A model generated the notes under the pieces. That model ran no database searches and was not told the origin of the DNA. It saw only the letters and a program-made list of their open reading frames with translations. The position numbers and the translations under genes were made by a program. DNA of 64,000 nt from NCBI GenBank assembly GCA_963716145.1, contig OY970292.1, positions 204,104 through 268,103 of the forward strand, given 5' to 3'. Shown here piece after piece: positions 55,598 through 64,000 of this stretch; position 1 is the first letter of the stretch; each line of letters starts with the position of its first letter. Origin of the DNA: Candidatus Levyibacteriota bacterium (GTDB lineage: Bacteria; Patescibacteriota; Microgenomatia; Levybacterales; UBA12049).

Positions 55598-56569
55598 TTA
55601 TCCTTTGTATTCCGGAGGCGTTACTCCTAGAGATTTAAGTGAATAATCAAGTAAATTTTTCATCTCCATGCGTCTATTTTCACTATTTAAAATAACTCCG
55701 ATTAGCTTGTGCCCCTTATAATCCAAGTAGGTGACCAGGCAAAGCCCTGCTTCAGGAGTGTAGCCCGTCTTAACCCCTCTTACGCCGGCATACGTTGTCA
55801 ATAGGTTTGTTTCATTGTACAAATCATATGATTTGTGAGTTGGGGTTTCTGCGATAGAGTATTCCGGAACTGAAACTGCGTTGGCAAATTCGGGGAAATT
55901 GGAAAGTGCGTAGCGGGTAATTACTAATAAGTCATAGACTGTGGTGTATTGGACACCATCTCCTTGAAGGCCTGAAGGATTATCAAACTGTGTGTTATTT
56001 AAACCAAGAGAGGAAGCTTTTGAATTCATAGCTTGTATGAATCCATCCCTACCTGTTGGAAAATTACTGGCAAGCACTTCAGCTGCATCATTGCCCGATT
56101 GAAGCATTAAGCCATGAAGTAACTCATCAAATGAGAGCACCTCTCCATCAGACAATCCCATACTATCTTCCCCAACCAGGTCAGCTTTGCTCACAATATA
56201 TTTGCCATCAGCTTTTTTATTCTCAAGACCAATTATAGCTGTCATTATCTTAGTAAGGGATGCCATAGGAAGCCTTTTTGAAGCATTTTTTTCGTAAATT
56301 GCTTTGTCAGCTGTCAAATCATACATAATTGCTGATTTAGCCGTCAGATCTTTAACATCAAACTCCACCCCTTCGTTTTTTTCAACCATAGGTGACCACA
56401 AGTCCAAAAGTCTGACCTGGTTATTTTTGCTAAGAGTTAAAAAATCGGGCAAAGGTGAAATAGAAGAATTCTTTTCTGAGCCTTCATACTCAAACCCGTA
56501 CCACAAAAACCCGGCAACTAAAGCAGAAAAGAAAATTACAATAAATAAATTTAACAAAGCTTTTTTCAT
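55598..56569 (-). CDS. D-alanyl-D-alanine carboxypeptidase (serine peptidase S11, PBP5/6-like)
   Basis: 323 aa; N-terminal TM; SLTKIMT (SxxK), SGND (SxN), KTGYT (KTG). Confidence 0.85.
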   Translation of the reverse strand: MKKALLNLFIVIFFSALVAGFLWYGFEYEGSEKNSSISPLPDFLTLSKNNQVRLLDLWSPMVEKNEGVEFDVKDLTAKSAIMYDLTADKAIYEKNASKRLPMASLTKIMTAIIGLENKKADGKYIVSKADLVGEDSMGLSDGEVLSFDELLHGLMLQSGNDAAEVLASNFPTGRDGFIQAMNSKASSLGLNNTQFDNPSGLQGDGVQYTTVYDLLVITRYALSNFPEFANAVSVPEYSIAETPTHKSYDLYNETNLLTTYAGVRGVKTGYTPEAGLCLVTYLDYKGHKLIGVILNSENRRMEMKNLLDYSLKSLGVTPPEYKG

Positions 56570-56602
56570 TTTTCGTACTGATCTCTATGCTATAATGTTC
56601 AA

Positions 56603-57445
56603 ATGAAATTTTCAAGCCGTAGCCTCTCATTAATAAGCTTCAATACCATGGGAGCATTCAGTTTTGATAGTATACATGGGTTCATAAATTCGGTTAACTT
56701 TATTCGGAGGCAAAACAAAATGGCCGAAATCCTTCTTAACGAAGACGCAGATGTTTTATGTCTTCAAGAAGTACATACATACTCGTTTCTAAGTATTTTA
56801 AAAAAGAAATTAATTAAGCATACATATTTAGCATATAAGCCTTTTGTTTATGGACCAAGGGGTGGAATGGTTATTTTTTCAAAAATCCCTTTTGAGAAAA
56901 TAGAGTATATTAATTTTAAAAAAAGAGGATCAATTATAAACACCTCCTTTATTGCCCGTGTGATAAGAAATGGTATTCTAAGCTGTAAGTTGAAAGGCCT
57001 CTCCGTAGTTATCCTAAATACGCACACCACTCCCAATTTAGATCATGATTATTTGGAGAAAAATAGATTCATACAGTATACCGATGCTCAGTTGGCGCAG
57101 TTGTCAAATGTCATTATTAAGGAATCAAAAAATAACTCCAATATTGTCTTGGGCGGAGATTTGAACGTTTCTCAAGATTCAAGCACCTTTAAAGAATTTT
57201 TACGGGTATCTGATGCAAAAGATGTTTTCAGCAAATATAACACACCAACTCAGCATCAAGAGTTTCTTCCAAGTAAGAAAAAGGTTATGAGAATTGATTA
57301 TATATTGCTACATAGCAAGGACAATTTGATGTTCTTAAAAAGGACTAAACAATTATTCATTCAAAAGCATTTACTTACCAACGGCAAGATGCGTTATCTC
57401 TCAGACCATATCGGCTTACGGGCGGATTTTGTGCTGCAAAGGTAA
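56603..57445 (+). CDS. endonuclease/exonuclease/phosphatase (EEP) family protein
   Basis: 280 aa; DVLCLQEV near the N-terminus and SDHIGL near the C-terminus. Confidence 0.65.
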   Translation: MKFSSRSLSLISFNTMGAFSFDSIHGFINSVNFIRRQNKMAEILLNEDADVLCLQEVHTYSFLSILKKKLIKHTYLAYKPFVYGPRGGMVIFSKIPFEKIEYINFKKRGSIINTSFIARVIRNGILSCKLKGLSVVILNTHTTPNLDHDYLEKNRFIQYTDAQLAQLSNVIIKESKNNSNIVLGGDLNVSQDSSTFKEFLRVSDAKDVFSKYNTPTQHQEFLPSKKKVMRIDYILLHSKDNLMFLKRTKQLFIQKHLLTNGKMRYLSDHIGLRADFVLQR

Positions 57446-57641
57446 TTTTGCTTATCTATTTTCGTAAATTGATACAGTTCTATTATTTTTACACCTCTTT
57501 GCACCAATTGACAAACAACTTTTCATATTTTAACCTTAGAGCAACATAGCCAGTGCAGATTTTCTGGTAATGTGCGAAAGTCCTTCAGGCGAAATGATTA
57601 GCTGTCTAAATCGTTTTTGGCACAAATAAAATGTGCAAGCG

Positions 57642-57690
57642 AACCTCTTGATTTCTGTTTTTGGGAGAATTCAAGAGGTTTTGTTTTTGT
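57642..57690 (+). terminator. intrinsic terminator (10-bp stem AACCTCTTGA/TCAAGAGGTT, then T-tract)
   Basis: The hairpin with a 19-nt loop is followed by TTTTGTTTTTG. It lies about 200 nt past the EEP gene stop, so it may terminate a separate short transcript. Confidence 0.5.
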
Positions 57691-57757
57691 AATTGAAGTT
57701 TCAGAATAGAGGATCGTAACTTATATCAAGTATTTCAAATAGATTTTAATATCAAAT

Positions 57758-58303
57758 CTATTTGCTTGCTTCTTTTAAAACAGCAACTGCCACAAATCTT
57801 TGTGAATCCAAAAATCCACTGCATGTGTAAAGAGTAATTCTTTTATCTTTTGAAGGGGCCAAAATGGTTGATGCATCAGGCGTAACAGTGGAGGTGTATT
57901 TCACTACAAAAGTTTTGATTGAATTGTCAGTATATTTAATCTGCATTTCTTCCCCGGGTGTTATGTACGGCAAGTTTCCAAATAAACTTGCCCAATTATG
58001 TCCATATATTATACTGTTTCCCATCTCACCCGGAATAGGCGATGTGACAAGGTATGAAGCGCCCAAGTCAGTTGTTTCCCACTTATTGTTTACTACGTGG
58101 GAAGGTATCAGATTAAGATCAATTTTCAAGTCTTTTATAATTATTTTTTCGGGGAACTGTTTATTATCTTGAGAAGTAGTTTGAGCGTAGGTGTATTTAC
58201 CAAATGATAAACGGTTGGGATCAACGCTTAACCAAATGTTGTAAATTCCCAGAGCGTAGCAAAAAATACCCAGCAGAATGAATATTTTGGAGAGCAGTTT
58301 CAT
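57758..58303 (-). CDS. sortase-family transpeptidase (class E-like)
   Basis: 181 aa; N-terminal TM; catalytic His in IIYGHNW; TLxTC motif ITLYTCSG. Confidence 0.75.
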   Translation of the reverse strand: MKLLSKIFILLGIFCYALGIYNIWLSVDPNRLSFGKYTYAQTTSQDNKQFPEKIIIKDLKIDLNLIPSHVVNNKWETTDLGASYLVTSPIPGEMGNSIIYGHNWASLFGNLPYITPGEEMQIKYTDNSIKTFVVKYTSTVTPDASTILAPSKDKRITLYTCSGFLDSQRFVAVAVLKEASK

Positions 58304-58306
58304 GAT

Positions 58307-58864
58307 TTATTTACTAAATCGTCTGAGAATTATGCCTGATATAAGAAAAGCGGCGCCTGAAAGAATCAATGCGTAGATTGTTTCACCATCTCCAGTGCTG
58401 GCAAGTCCCAAAACGTTTTCCGTATTGTAGGTGGTGGATGAGCCCTTGCAAGCGAACTTACTGTTTTTTGCAAGGTAAGGAGCATCCTCTAAACCCCAAC
58501 TAGATCCGTTTACTATGTATGTCCATCCTTGACTTTTTAGAACATTAATATCCTTTGGTGAAACGTTCGATACTTTATACCAATTGGTTTGGATTCCATC
58601 TCCGTTTATAGGGCAAAAGCATTGAGTTACTCCGTTTGAGGATGATTTATAAACCGAATCACTTCCTATTACTTCTTTTGTCTTTCCTACAATTCCGTGT
58701 TTGCCGTTTTCGTAGCTAGCAATAACATCTCCTTGCGGGTTAAGGCATGATCCAAAGTCAGGAAGCACAGCTCCATCGGCAAATGCAGGGCGCACCGAAA
58801 TAGTAGTTAATATAAAAAGACTTATAGCAACAATTAATTTATTTTTATTCATGTGTTTAGTCAA
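58307..58864 (-). CDS. secreted surface protein with C-terminal LAxTG-type sorting signal (likely sortase substrate)
   Basis: 185 aa; signal peptide; C-terminal LASTGDG followed by the hydrophobic stretch TIYALILSGAAFLISGIIL and the basic tail RRFSK; immediately downstream of the sortase gene. Confidence 0.6.
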   Translation of the reverse strand: MTKHMNKNKLIVAISLFILTTISVRPAFADGAVLPDFGSCLNPQGDVIASYENGKHGIVGKTKEVIGSDSVYKSSSNGVTQCFCPINGDGIQTNWYKVSNVSPKDINVLKSQGWTYIVNGSSWGLEDAPYLAKNSKFACKGSSTTYNTENVLGLASTGDGETIYALILSGAAFLISGIILRRFSK

Positions 58865-58933
58865 TTATTTCAGGCAGAGGCAATATATCATATTTTAGCT
58901 TTAATGTCAATAATATATTACTATATTTCCTAC

Positions 58934-59902
58934 CTACAACACTTCGGTAAAGTAAGATTTAACTGTCTGCACTGCTTGCCTGGGCAGTCCATTATCGCTC
59001 CACAAAGCAGTTGAACCACCCACGTTCACCCAATAATTTATACCAATCAATTCTGGCATTGGTGATAGTTGATGAAAAGCAGAATTAATCCATTGCTTCT
59101 GTTCCAATTCGGACATTTTTCCATGAATTGAGGGAATCGGAGCACCAAATTCACCCAAAACAACTTTCCCCCCACTTTTTTTTGCTATATAGCTTACATC
59201 TTTGGCCAATATTTCAGGTGATTTAACGTAGTGATCTATAACCACTATTCCTCCCAGTTGCTTTGTTGTTTGCTGATCCATAACTTTGTGTGCCACATCC
59301 ATATTCATTGAAAAATAATTTGGAATAACTTTCTTTTTTATTGATTTAAAGCTATCTTCCGTTACCTTATACTCATTTATTAGAAAAGTCTGATAAATTT
59401 TAAGAGTTTTTTTGTCGTACACGTTTACTTTTGAACCATTTTCACATTCTGGGCAGGAACTGAATATATCCCCATCTTGAAACAAGTCAGGGTTGTTATG
59501 AATAAATTGCTTAGTCTTGGCAAGGTGAGTTGCTCTATCAATTTTTTTATAACCAAACCAGCCTTCCCATCCTGAAAAATTCCCTCTAAAATACACTTTC
59601 AGCTTGTTTTTTCTGGCTGCTTTTACCCAAACATTTAAGACAGGCAAAAATTCATCATCATATGGTGTACCTATTGCAACGTGGGTGGCGCCTGTTTTTG
59701 CAATATCAGTCACCTGCTGGTCAATTGAATAACGAAAGGTGTGACCGCTTAAGGTCTGCCTTGCCATGTCTCGTGAGTATTTCATTGTATCGATCGACTT
59801 AACGGTCCAATTTTTTTTTGCTTTTTTAACATACACTAGGGTAACAATCAGCACAATTAAAAATACCAGAAGAATTAGTGAGGCGACTTTTAAAATCTTC
59901 AT
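58934..59902 (-). CDS. membrane-anchored putative glycoside hydrolase-like TIM-barrel protein
   Basis: 322 aa; N-terminal TM; candidate catalytic Glu residues in NFSGWEGW and VVLGEFGAP; family not resolved. Confidence 0.3.
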   Translation of the reverse strand: MKILKVASLILLVFLIVLIVTLVYVKKAKKNWTVKSIDTMKYSRDMARQTLSGHTFRYSIDQQVTDIAKTGATHVAIGTPYDDEFLPVLNVWVKAARKNKLKVYFRGNFSGWEGWFGYKKIDRATHLAKTKQFIHNNPDLFQDGDIFSSCPECENGSKVNVYDKKTLKIYQTFLINEYKVTEDSFKSIKKKVIPNYFSMNMDVAHKVMDQQTTKQLGGIVVIDHYVKSPEILAKDVSYIAKKSGGKVVLGEFGAPIPSIHGKMSELEQKQWINSAFHQLSPMPELIGINYWVNVGGSTALWSDNGLPRQAVQTVKSYFTEVL

Positions 59903-59905
59903 AGT

Positions 59906-62900
59906 TTATTTATTAACAGCTAGATTTGGCGTAAGCTGTAGCTTGCTGACATACTCACTTTTAAGCTCATAAACGTCAGCAAATGGGTATTCACGAACCA
60001 TTTCATAATCTTTCCTAAACGTGGGATTATTAAGCAAAAGCTTTCCCAGTAAATCATCAGGATCGTGGGTTCGAAATACCACCCATCTTGCCCATCTTTC
60101 AGGATGTGCTATGGATAAGTCCCAGTACAATCCTGTCCCCTCATGAATAAAACGTTTCATAGGCATTCCGGAAGAAAAAATAATAGCATCGTGTTTTGCA
60201 GCTGCCAGAAGAACAAACCCCTGCTTATCCATTGCGTAATCATGAAGATAGCTGCTCACTTCTGTAACATTTTTTCCACCCAAACCAACTCTTGCATCAT
60301 CAAGTGTTACAGCTTCCTGATTAATATATCCAAAAATTGAAACAAAAAGCATCAATCCAATCAAAATTACTTTGTAAGCGCGCATCCTGTACATGAGATA
60401 TCCTACAAGGATAGCAATTGTCGGCATCATCATCAGTCCATAACGAACATTGAACCATGAGTTAATTCCCAATCCTTGTACAAAAAGCACAGAATGCCCA
60501 ACATATAGGGCAATTATGTTAAAAAATAGCGGAGAAAGAAGCGCCAAGGATGCTATCCTAATAGGCTTTTCAATTTTTTTGTCAAACCACAGCATCCAGG
60601 CTCCTACTGCCCCTAAAATAGTTATAAAAACATCTGAATTATAAACAACAGCATACATATATGTTTGAATAGAAAAGGGTAGATTTCTTTTTGTGGCAAG
60701 ATATCCTGCCTGCTCAATTATCTTTTGCTGTGCATTTGCAGAATACGGACCAAAAGCGAAAAATAATGGGTCTTTAAAAATCATTAGATTCCAAAAAAAC
60801 CAAAGGAATATACCAAAACCCCCAAGAGTTACAAACATTACTACCGCTCCCTCAGCTGTTTTATATCCACGCCTTCTGAGAGTCCTAATGAATACTAATG
60901 CAGTTGCAAAAGCGAATAAAAACCACCCGTCATAACGGATCAGTGTAGACAGCATAATCCAAAAAGCTGCTTTTATGAGATCAAATATTTTTTCAGTCTG
61001 ATGCCAAATCATTAATTCATACACTCCGGCCATCATGGTTGCTATCAGACAGAGCTCTGTCATGGCAGTCGATTGCATATATAAAATATTTAGATTTAAG
61101 GCAAATACCAAAACTCCAACAATTCTTCCGAACATGCTGACTCCAAGTTTTTTTAGAAATAAGTAAATCAATAGTCCTGTTGCAACATATGACATCATTG
61201 ACCAGATAGCCCCTGCTAGACCTGAATGCCACATAAAGTCATTCCAGATTGTTAACGTCATTAAAATATGCGGCAAGGGAAGCCAAACACTCCCAAGCTG
61301 AGCAAATCCCGGCTTAATGCTTTCGACAACTCTTCTTGAAATATCCAAATGAGACCTTGCATCGTTATAAGCAATTCCCATCCCATTTAAGTAATAAAAT
61401 ACAAAATCAGCTATTGAAATAGCTGTTAGACAGACAATCAAAGTAAGTTTTTCATTCTTTTCGAAAAACTTTTTTACACTTTGACCCCAACCAAAAGAAA
61501 TAGAAATACTTTTATCAAACAGGTTTCTGTCAGATTTTTTTAGATGGCCAAGGCTTATATTTTTATCTGGATAATAAAATAAGTAGGCAAGATAAAATCC
61601 CGTAACTATAATTATAAAAATAGTTAAATCAATATAATAATCCCACGCTGAAACATGATTTGCTGCAAATGCCTGAAAGACAAATGATTTAGATTCTCCG
61701 CCGTTTATAATATCTGCGTTTCTAAAATAGTTATACTTTTGCTTTTGGTGATATTGCTTCTCAAGCGCTATTGCTTCGCTTTTCGGAGGATTAGTAGTTG
61801 GTGTAAGGGCACCTAATGTGTTGACAGCAACAGAGTAAGATAATACTGCAAAAAATATCAATAAAAATATATTATACTTTCTAAATTTTGTTAACAATTG
61901 AGCGATAAACACAGATAATATCGCATAGGTTGGAATCAAATAACGTGATCCAAAAGCCCAACCTCCTTGGGGATCATCCCACATGGAATACAGGAGGATA
62001 TTACACAACGCAATAACTACAAGTAAACAAACATTGTTGTTCCACTTTTTGAATGAATAAATAATGCCCAATATACCAAATAACATAATGGGAGTAAAAA
62101 CAATCATACCGCGGTCAGGACTTAGAAAATGTACATAAAGTCCGGTTAACATATGTCTATTTTGAAAAGCGGAGAAAAATGAAGTATTTGGAATATTGGC
62201 CATTTTCTTTTCTTTAATCGCTTTTTTAATAATCTCACTTCCAAGGTTTGGTTTACCGCTCTTACTTATGCTAGTTACTTGATCCAGGGTTCCTGAAAGC
62301 TTGAGTGCTCCTCCGTTTGCATTTTGGTTATACCAAAACATAAGCGCGAAAGGTAAAATTATGCCTAAAACCATAAGCAGGCGCTTAAGTGAAAAGCTTA
62401 CCTTTATTGTATTCTCGTGCTTTTTAAGTGAAAATGTTTTTGCAAGTGCATAAACCGCAATGGGAAACATCAAAATCAGATTTGGATAATCAACTATGAA
62501 CGCTAGCCCGTAAATTGTCCAAAAAATAAGAAGGGATTTAAGACTATTAAAACGAATTAATATATATATACTCAGTAAAATTAAAAATGTTGAAATATGA
62601 TGCTGGTAAAGCGTTGTGGCGTAAGCAAAAGCTGGGGAAGCAAAGATAAAGGTAACTGAGGCAATTGAAGCTGCAATAGGATTTGATCCCATTAGCATTG
62701 CAATTTTACGCAGTAAGTAAACATTAAGAAGCGCGAAAACAGCAGCTGTAGCAAAAGCTCCAACTTGAGAAATTCCTAAAGCTTTTCCAAATAAATATCC
62801 CGGGATGCTCAAAAAAGATATTCCCGGAGCAAAAAGAGAAATATATTTTCCATCTCTATAACCAAGATCAGGAGTAGCCAAAAGCGCAATATCCTTAGAA

Positions 62901-63118
62901 AATTCCAAAGAGTGATCCTCAACTATAGAATATAGTAAGGCAAAACGTCCGCCTTCAACGGAAGGCTCAAGCGGTCCTGTCTGGCTCCACTTAGGATCAG
63001 CAAAATCTGCTGGACTGGGGTTACCGGGAATTCCCTTGACAGATAGCGTTAGGATAAGTCCGCAAAACAGCAAAAATAGTGAATTTTTTATATATTTCTT
63101 AATTAACTTCCAGTTCAT
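59906..63118 (-). CDS. very large GT-C-fold integral-membrane glycosyltransferase-like protein (ArnT/PMT-like N-terminal module plus second polytopic module)
   Basis: 1070 aa, more than 25 TM helices; N-terminal region with periplasmic loops typical of the GT39/GT83 family. Confidence 0.45.
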   Translation of the reverse strand: MNWKLIKKYIKNSLFLLFCGLILTLSVKGIPGNPSPADFADPKWSQTGPLEPSVEGGRFALLYSIVEDHSLEFSKDIALLATPDLGYRDGKYISLFAPGISFLSIPGYLFGKALGISQVGAFATAAVFALLNVYLLRKIAMLMGSNPIAASIASVTFIFASPAFAYATTLYQHHISTFLILLSIYILIRFNSLKSLLIFWTIYGLAFIVDYPNLILMFPIAVYALAKTFSLKKHENTIKVSFSLKRLLMVLGIILPFALMFWYNQNANGGALKLSGTLDQVTSISKSGKPNLGSEIIKKAIKEKKMANIPNTSFFSAFQNRHMLTGLYVHFLSPDRGMIVFTPIMLFGILGIIYSFKKWNNNVCLLVVIALCNILLYSMWDDPQGGWAFGSRYLIPTYAILSVFIAQLLTKFRKYNIFLLIFFAVLSYSVAVNTLGALTPTTNPPKSEAIALEKQYHQKQKYNYFRNADIINGGESKSFVFQAFAANHVSAWDYYIDLTIFIIIVTGFYLAYLFYYPDKNISLGHLKKSDRNLFDKSISISFGWGQSVKKFFEKNEKLTLIVCLTAISIADFVFYYLNGMGIAYNDARSHLDISRRVVESIKPGFAQLGSVWLPLPHILMTLTIWNDFMWHSGLAGAIWSMMSYVATGLLIYLFLKKLGVSMFGRIVGVLVFALNLNILYMQSTAMTELCLIATMMAGVYELMIWHQTEKIFDLIKAAFWIMLSTLIRYDGWFLFAFATALVFIRTLRRRGYKTAEGAVVMFVTLGGFGIFLWFFWNLMIFKDPLFFAFGPYSANAQQKIIEQAGYLATKRNLPFSIQTYMYAVVYNSDVFITILGAVGAWMLWFDKKIEKPIRIASLALLSPLFFNIIALYVGHSVLFVQGLGINSWFNVRYGLMMMPTIAILVGYLMYRMRAYKVILIGLMLFVSIFGYINQEAVTLDDARVGLGGKNVTEVSSYLHDYAMDKQGFVLLAAAKHDAIIFSSGMPMKRFIHEGTGLYWDLSIAHPERWARWVVFRTHDPDDLLGKLLLNNPTFRKDYEMVREYPFADVYELKSEYVSKLQLTPNLAVNK

Positions 63119-63945
63119 AGATATCTCCTTACAAATGTACTTTTTATAATTTTTCTTACTCGAATAGTTGAGGGCGAAAATGCTGATTTGAATTCTGAAA
63201 AGCTATGAGTCCGATCTATGCCAATTCTTGGGATTATTAGCGGATTAATTTTTTCTTTTATAAATCCATCTTCCATTGTCAACCCCAAACTGTATTTTGC
63301 CTGCGAAACATATCGCAGCATCTCTTTTGAGTACTTTCCTTTAGGATAAGCAAAGTAGTTTATTTTTCTACCGAGTGATTTCTCCAAATTTTTTTTTGCC
63401 AGAATTATTTCTTTTTTTAACTGCGAAGGCGAAAGCTTGGAAAAATCAGCATGAGTGTTACTGTGACATCCTATTTCCCATCCATTTAGAATCAAGCTTT
63501 TAATTTCTTTTTTGTTCAAATAGCTGCTTTTAATACCAATTTCCGAGGCATTTACGTTTTTTGCATCAGCCAATAAAAAGAGTGCAGGCTGAATATTTTG
63601 TTCTTTTAAAAAGTCTTTTAACTGTAAAATATTTTTGTGACCATCATCAAATGTCAAAACAATTGAAGGTGTGGTTAGTGTAATTTTGCCATCAATATAA
63701 GCTTTAACTGTTTTTAAGCTTATAAATTGATAATTGCTTTTAAGGTAGGAGATTTGTTGTTTCATGGTTTTTAGGTCTATACTAAATCTCCAGCCATCAC
63801 TAGCTACGCTGTGATAGGTAAGTATAGAAATAGGATTTGCTTGTTTTAAGATCTTGCAATCTATTGCACCAAGTGTGCTGTAAGCAAATCTCCTGGTAGC
63901 AATGTAGGACAAAAATAATAGTGATTGTGTTTTATTAAATTTCAT
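63115..63945 (-). CDS. polysaccharide deacetylase (NodB homology domain, CE4)
   Basis: 276 aa; LTFDDGHKN (DDG..metal/His motif) and GCHSNTHADF (second His motif); overlaps the GT-C gene stop by 4 nt. Confidence 0.8.
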   Translation of the reverse strand: MKFNKTQSLLFLSYIATRRFAYSTLGAIDCKILKQANPISILTYHSVASDGWRFSIDLKTMKQQISYLKSNYQFISLKTVKAYIDGKITLTTPSIVLTFDDGHKNILQLKDFLKEQNIQPALFLLADAKNVNASEIGIKSSYLNKKEIKSLILNGWEIGCHSNTHADFSKLSPSQLKKEIILAKKNLEKSLGRKINYFAYPKGKYSKEMLRYVSQAKYSLGLTMEDGFIKEKINPLIIPRIGIDRTHSFSEFKSAFSPSTIRVRKIIKSTFVRRYL

Positions 63946-64000
63946 AATTATAGGTTAATCTATTATACTATAATAAACTATTAATCGCAAACTATAAGCT

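Noticed and set aside
1-64000. CRISPR arrays, rRNA genes, transposases or integrases
   Set aside because: No regularly spaced direct repeats, no rRNA-like conserved stretches and no recombinase or transposase-like ORFs were seen. The tRNA-adjacent elements have no associated integrase here.

Overview
This is a 64-kb, low-GC (about 38-40%), gene-dense bacterial window. Genes are short and often overlap at ATGA junctions, and TGA is used as a stop, so it reads under translation table 11. The content points to a small-genome Patescibacteria/CPR-like organism of the Microgenomates type. This is an inference from sequence content only. The supporting content is many secreted or membrane proteins (dockerin-like and CAP domains, sortase with an LAxTG substrate, glycoside hydrolases, a GT-C glycosyltransferase, a CE4 deacetylase), two FKBP paralogs, an archaeal-type PPAT-DUF359 fusion, and sparse metabolism.

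Recognisable core genes: a phosphomannomutase / cupin / SIS-isomerase operon, uvrA, a short uvrC, dinB, a DEAH helicase, secG, dus, csp, riboflavin kinase, two AI-2E transporters, a MacA/MacB-like efflux set, rhomboid, and a D-Ala-D-Ala carboxypeptidase.

Nine tRNA genes were found by eye: Lys-UUU, Glu-UUC, Lys-CUU, Arg-UCG, His-GUG (CCA encoded), Arg-UCU, Gly-UCC, Leu-UAA and Pro-UGG. No CRISPR array, rRNA, transposase or integrase was seen.

Most notable observations:
1. Two homologous ~100-bp elements sit immediately 3' of tRNA-Lys(UUU) and tRNA-Gly(UCC). Each is bounded by a 19-nt direct repeat of the tRNA 3' end, and each is followed by a promoter.
2. A three-gene cassette next to tRNA-Arg(UCU): an unknown protein, a PP-loop/Cys-cluster protein, and an ICMT-family membrane methyltransferase.
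3. An ATP-cone::Mrr-like nuclease fusion, currently frameshifted.
4. Several other apparent frameshifts (transglutaminase-like gene, MacB-like ATPase) and a C7 tract upstream of the helicase.
5. A 45-nt perfectly identical inverted block inside the two FKBP paralogs, which flank dus.
6. Recurrent palindromic AT-rich intergenic motifs and a shared 5'-leader motif.
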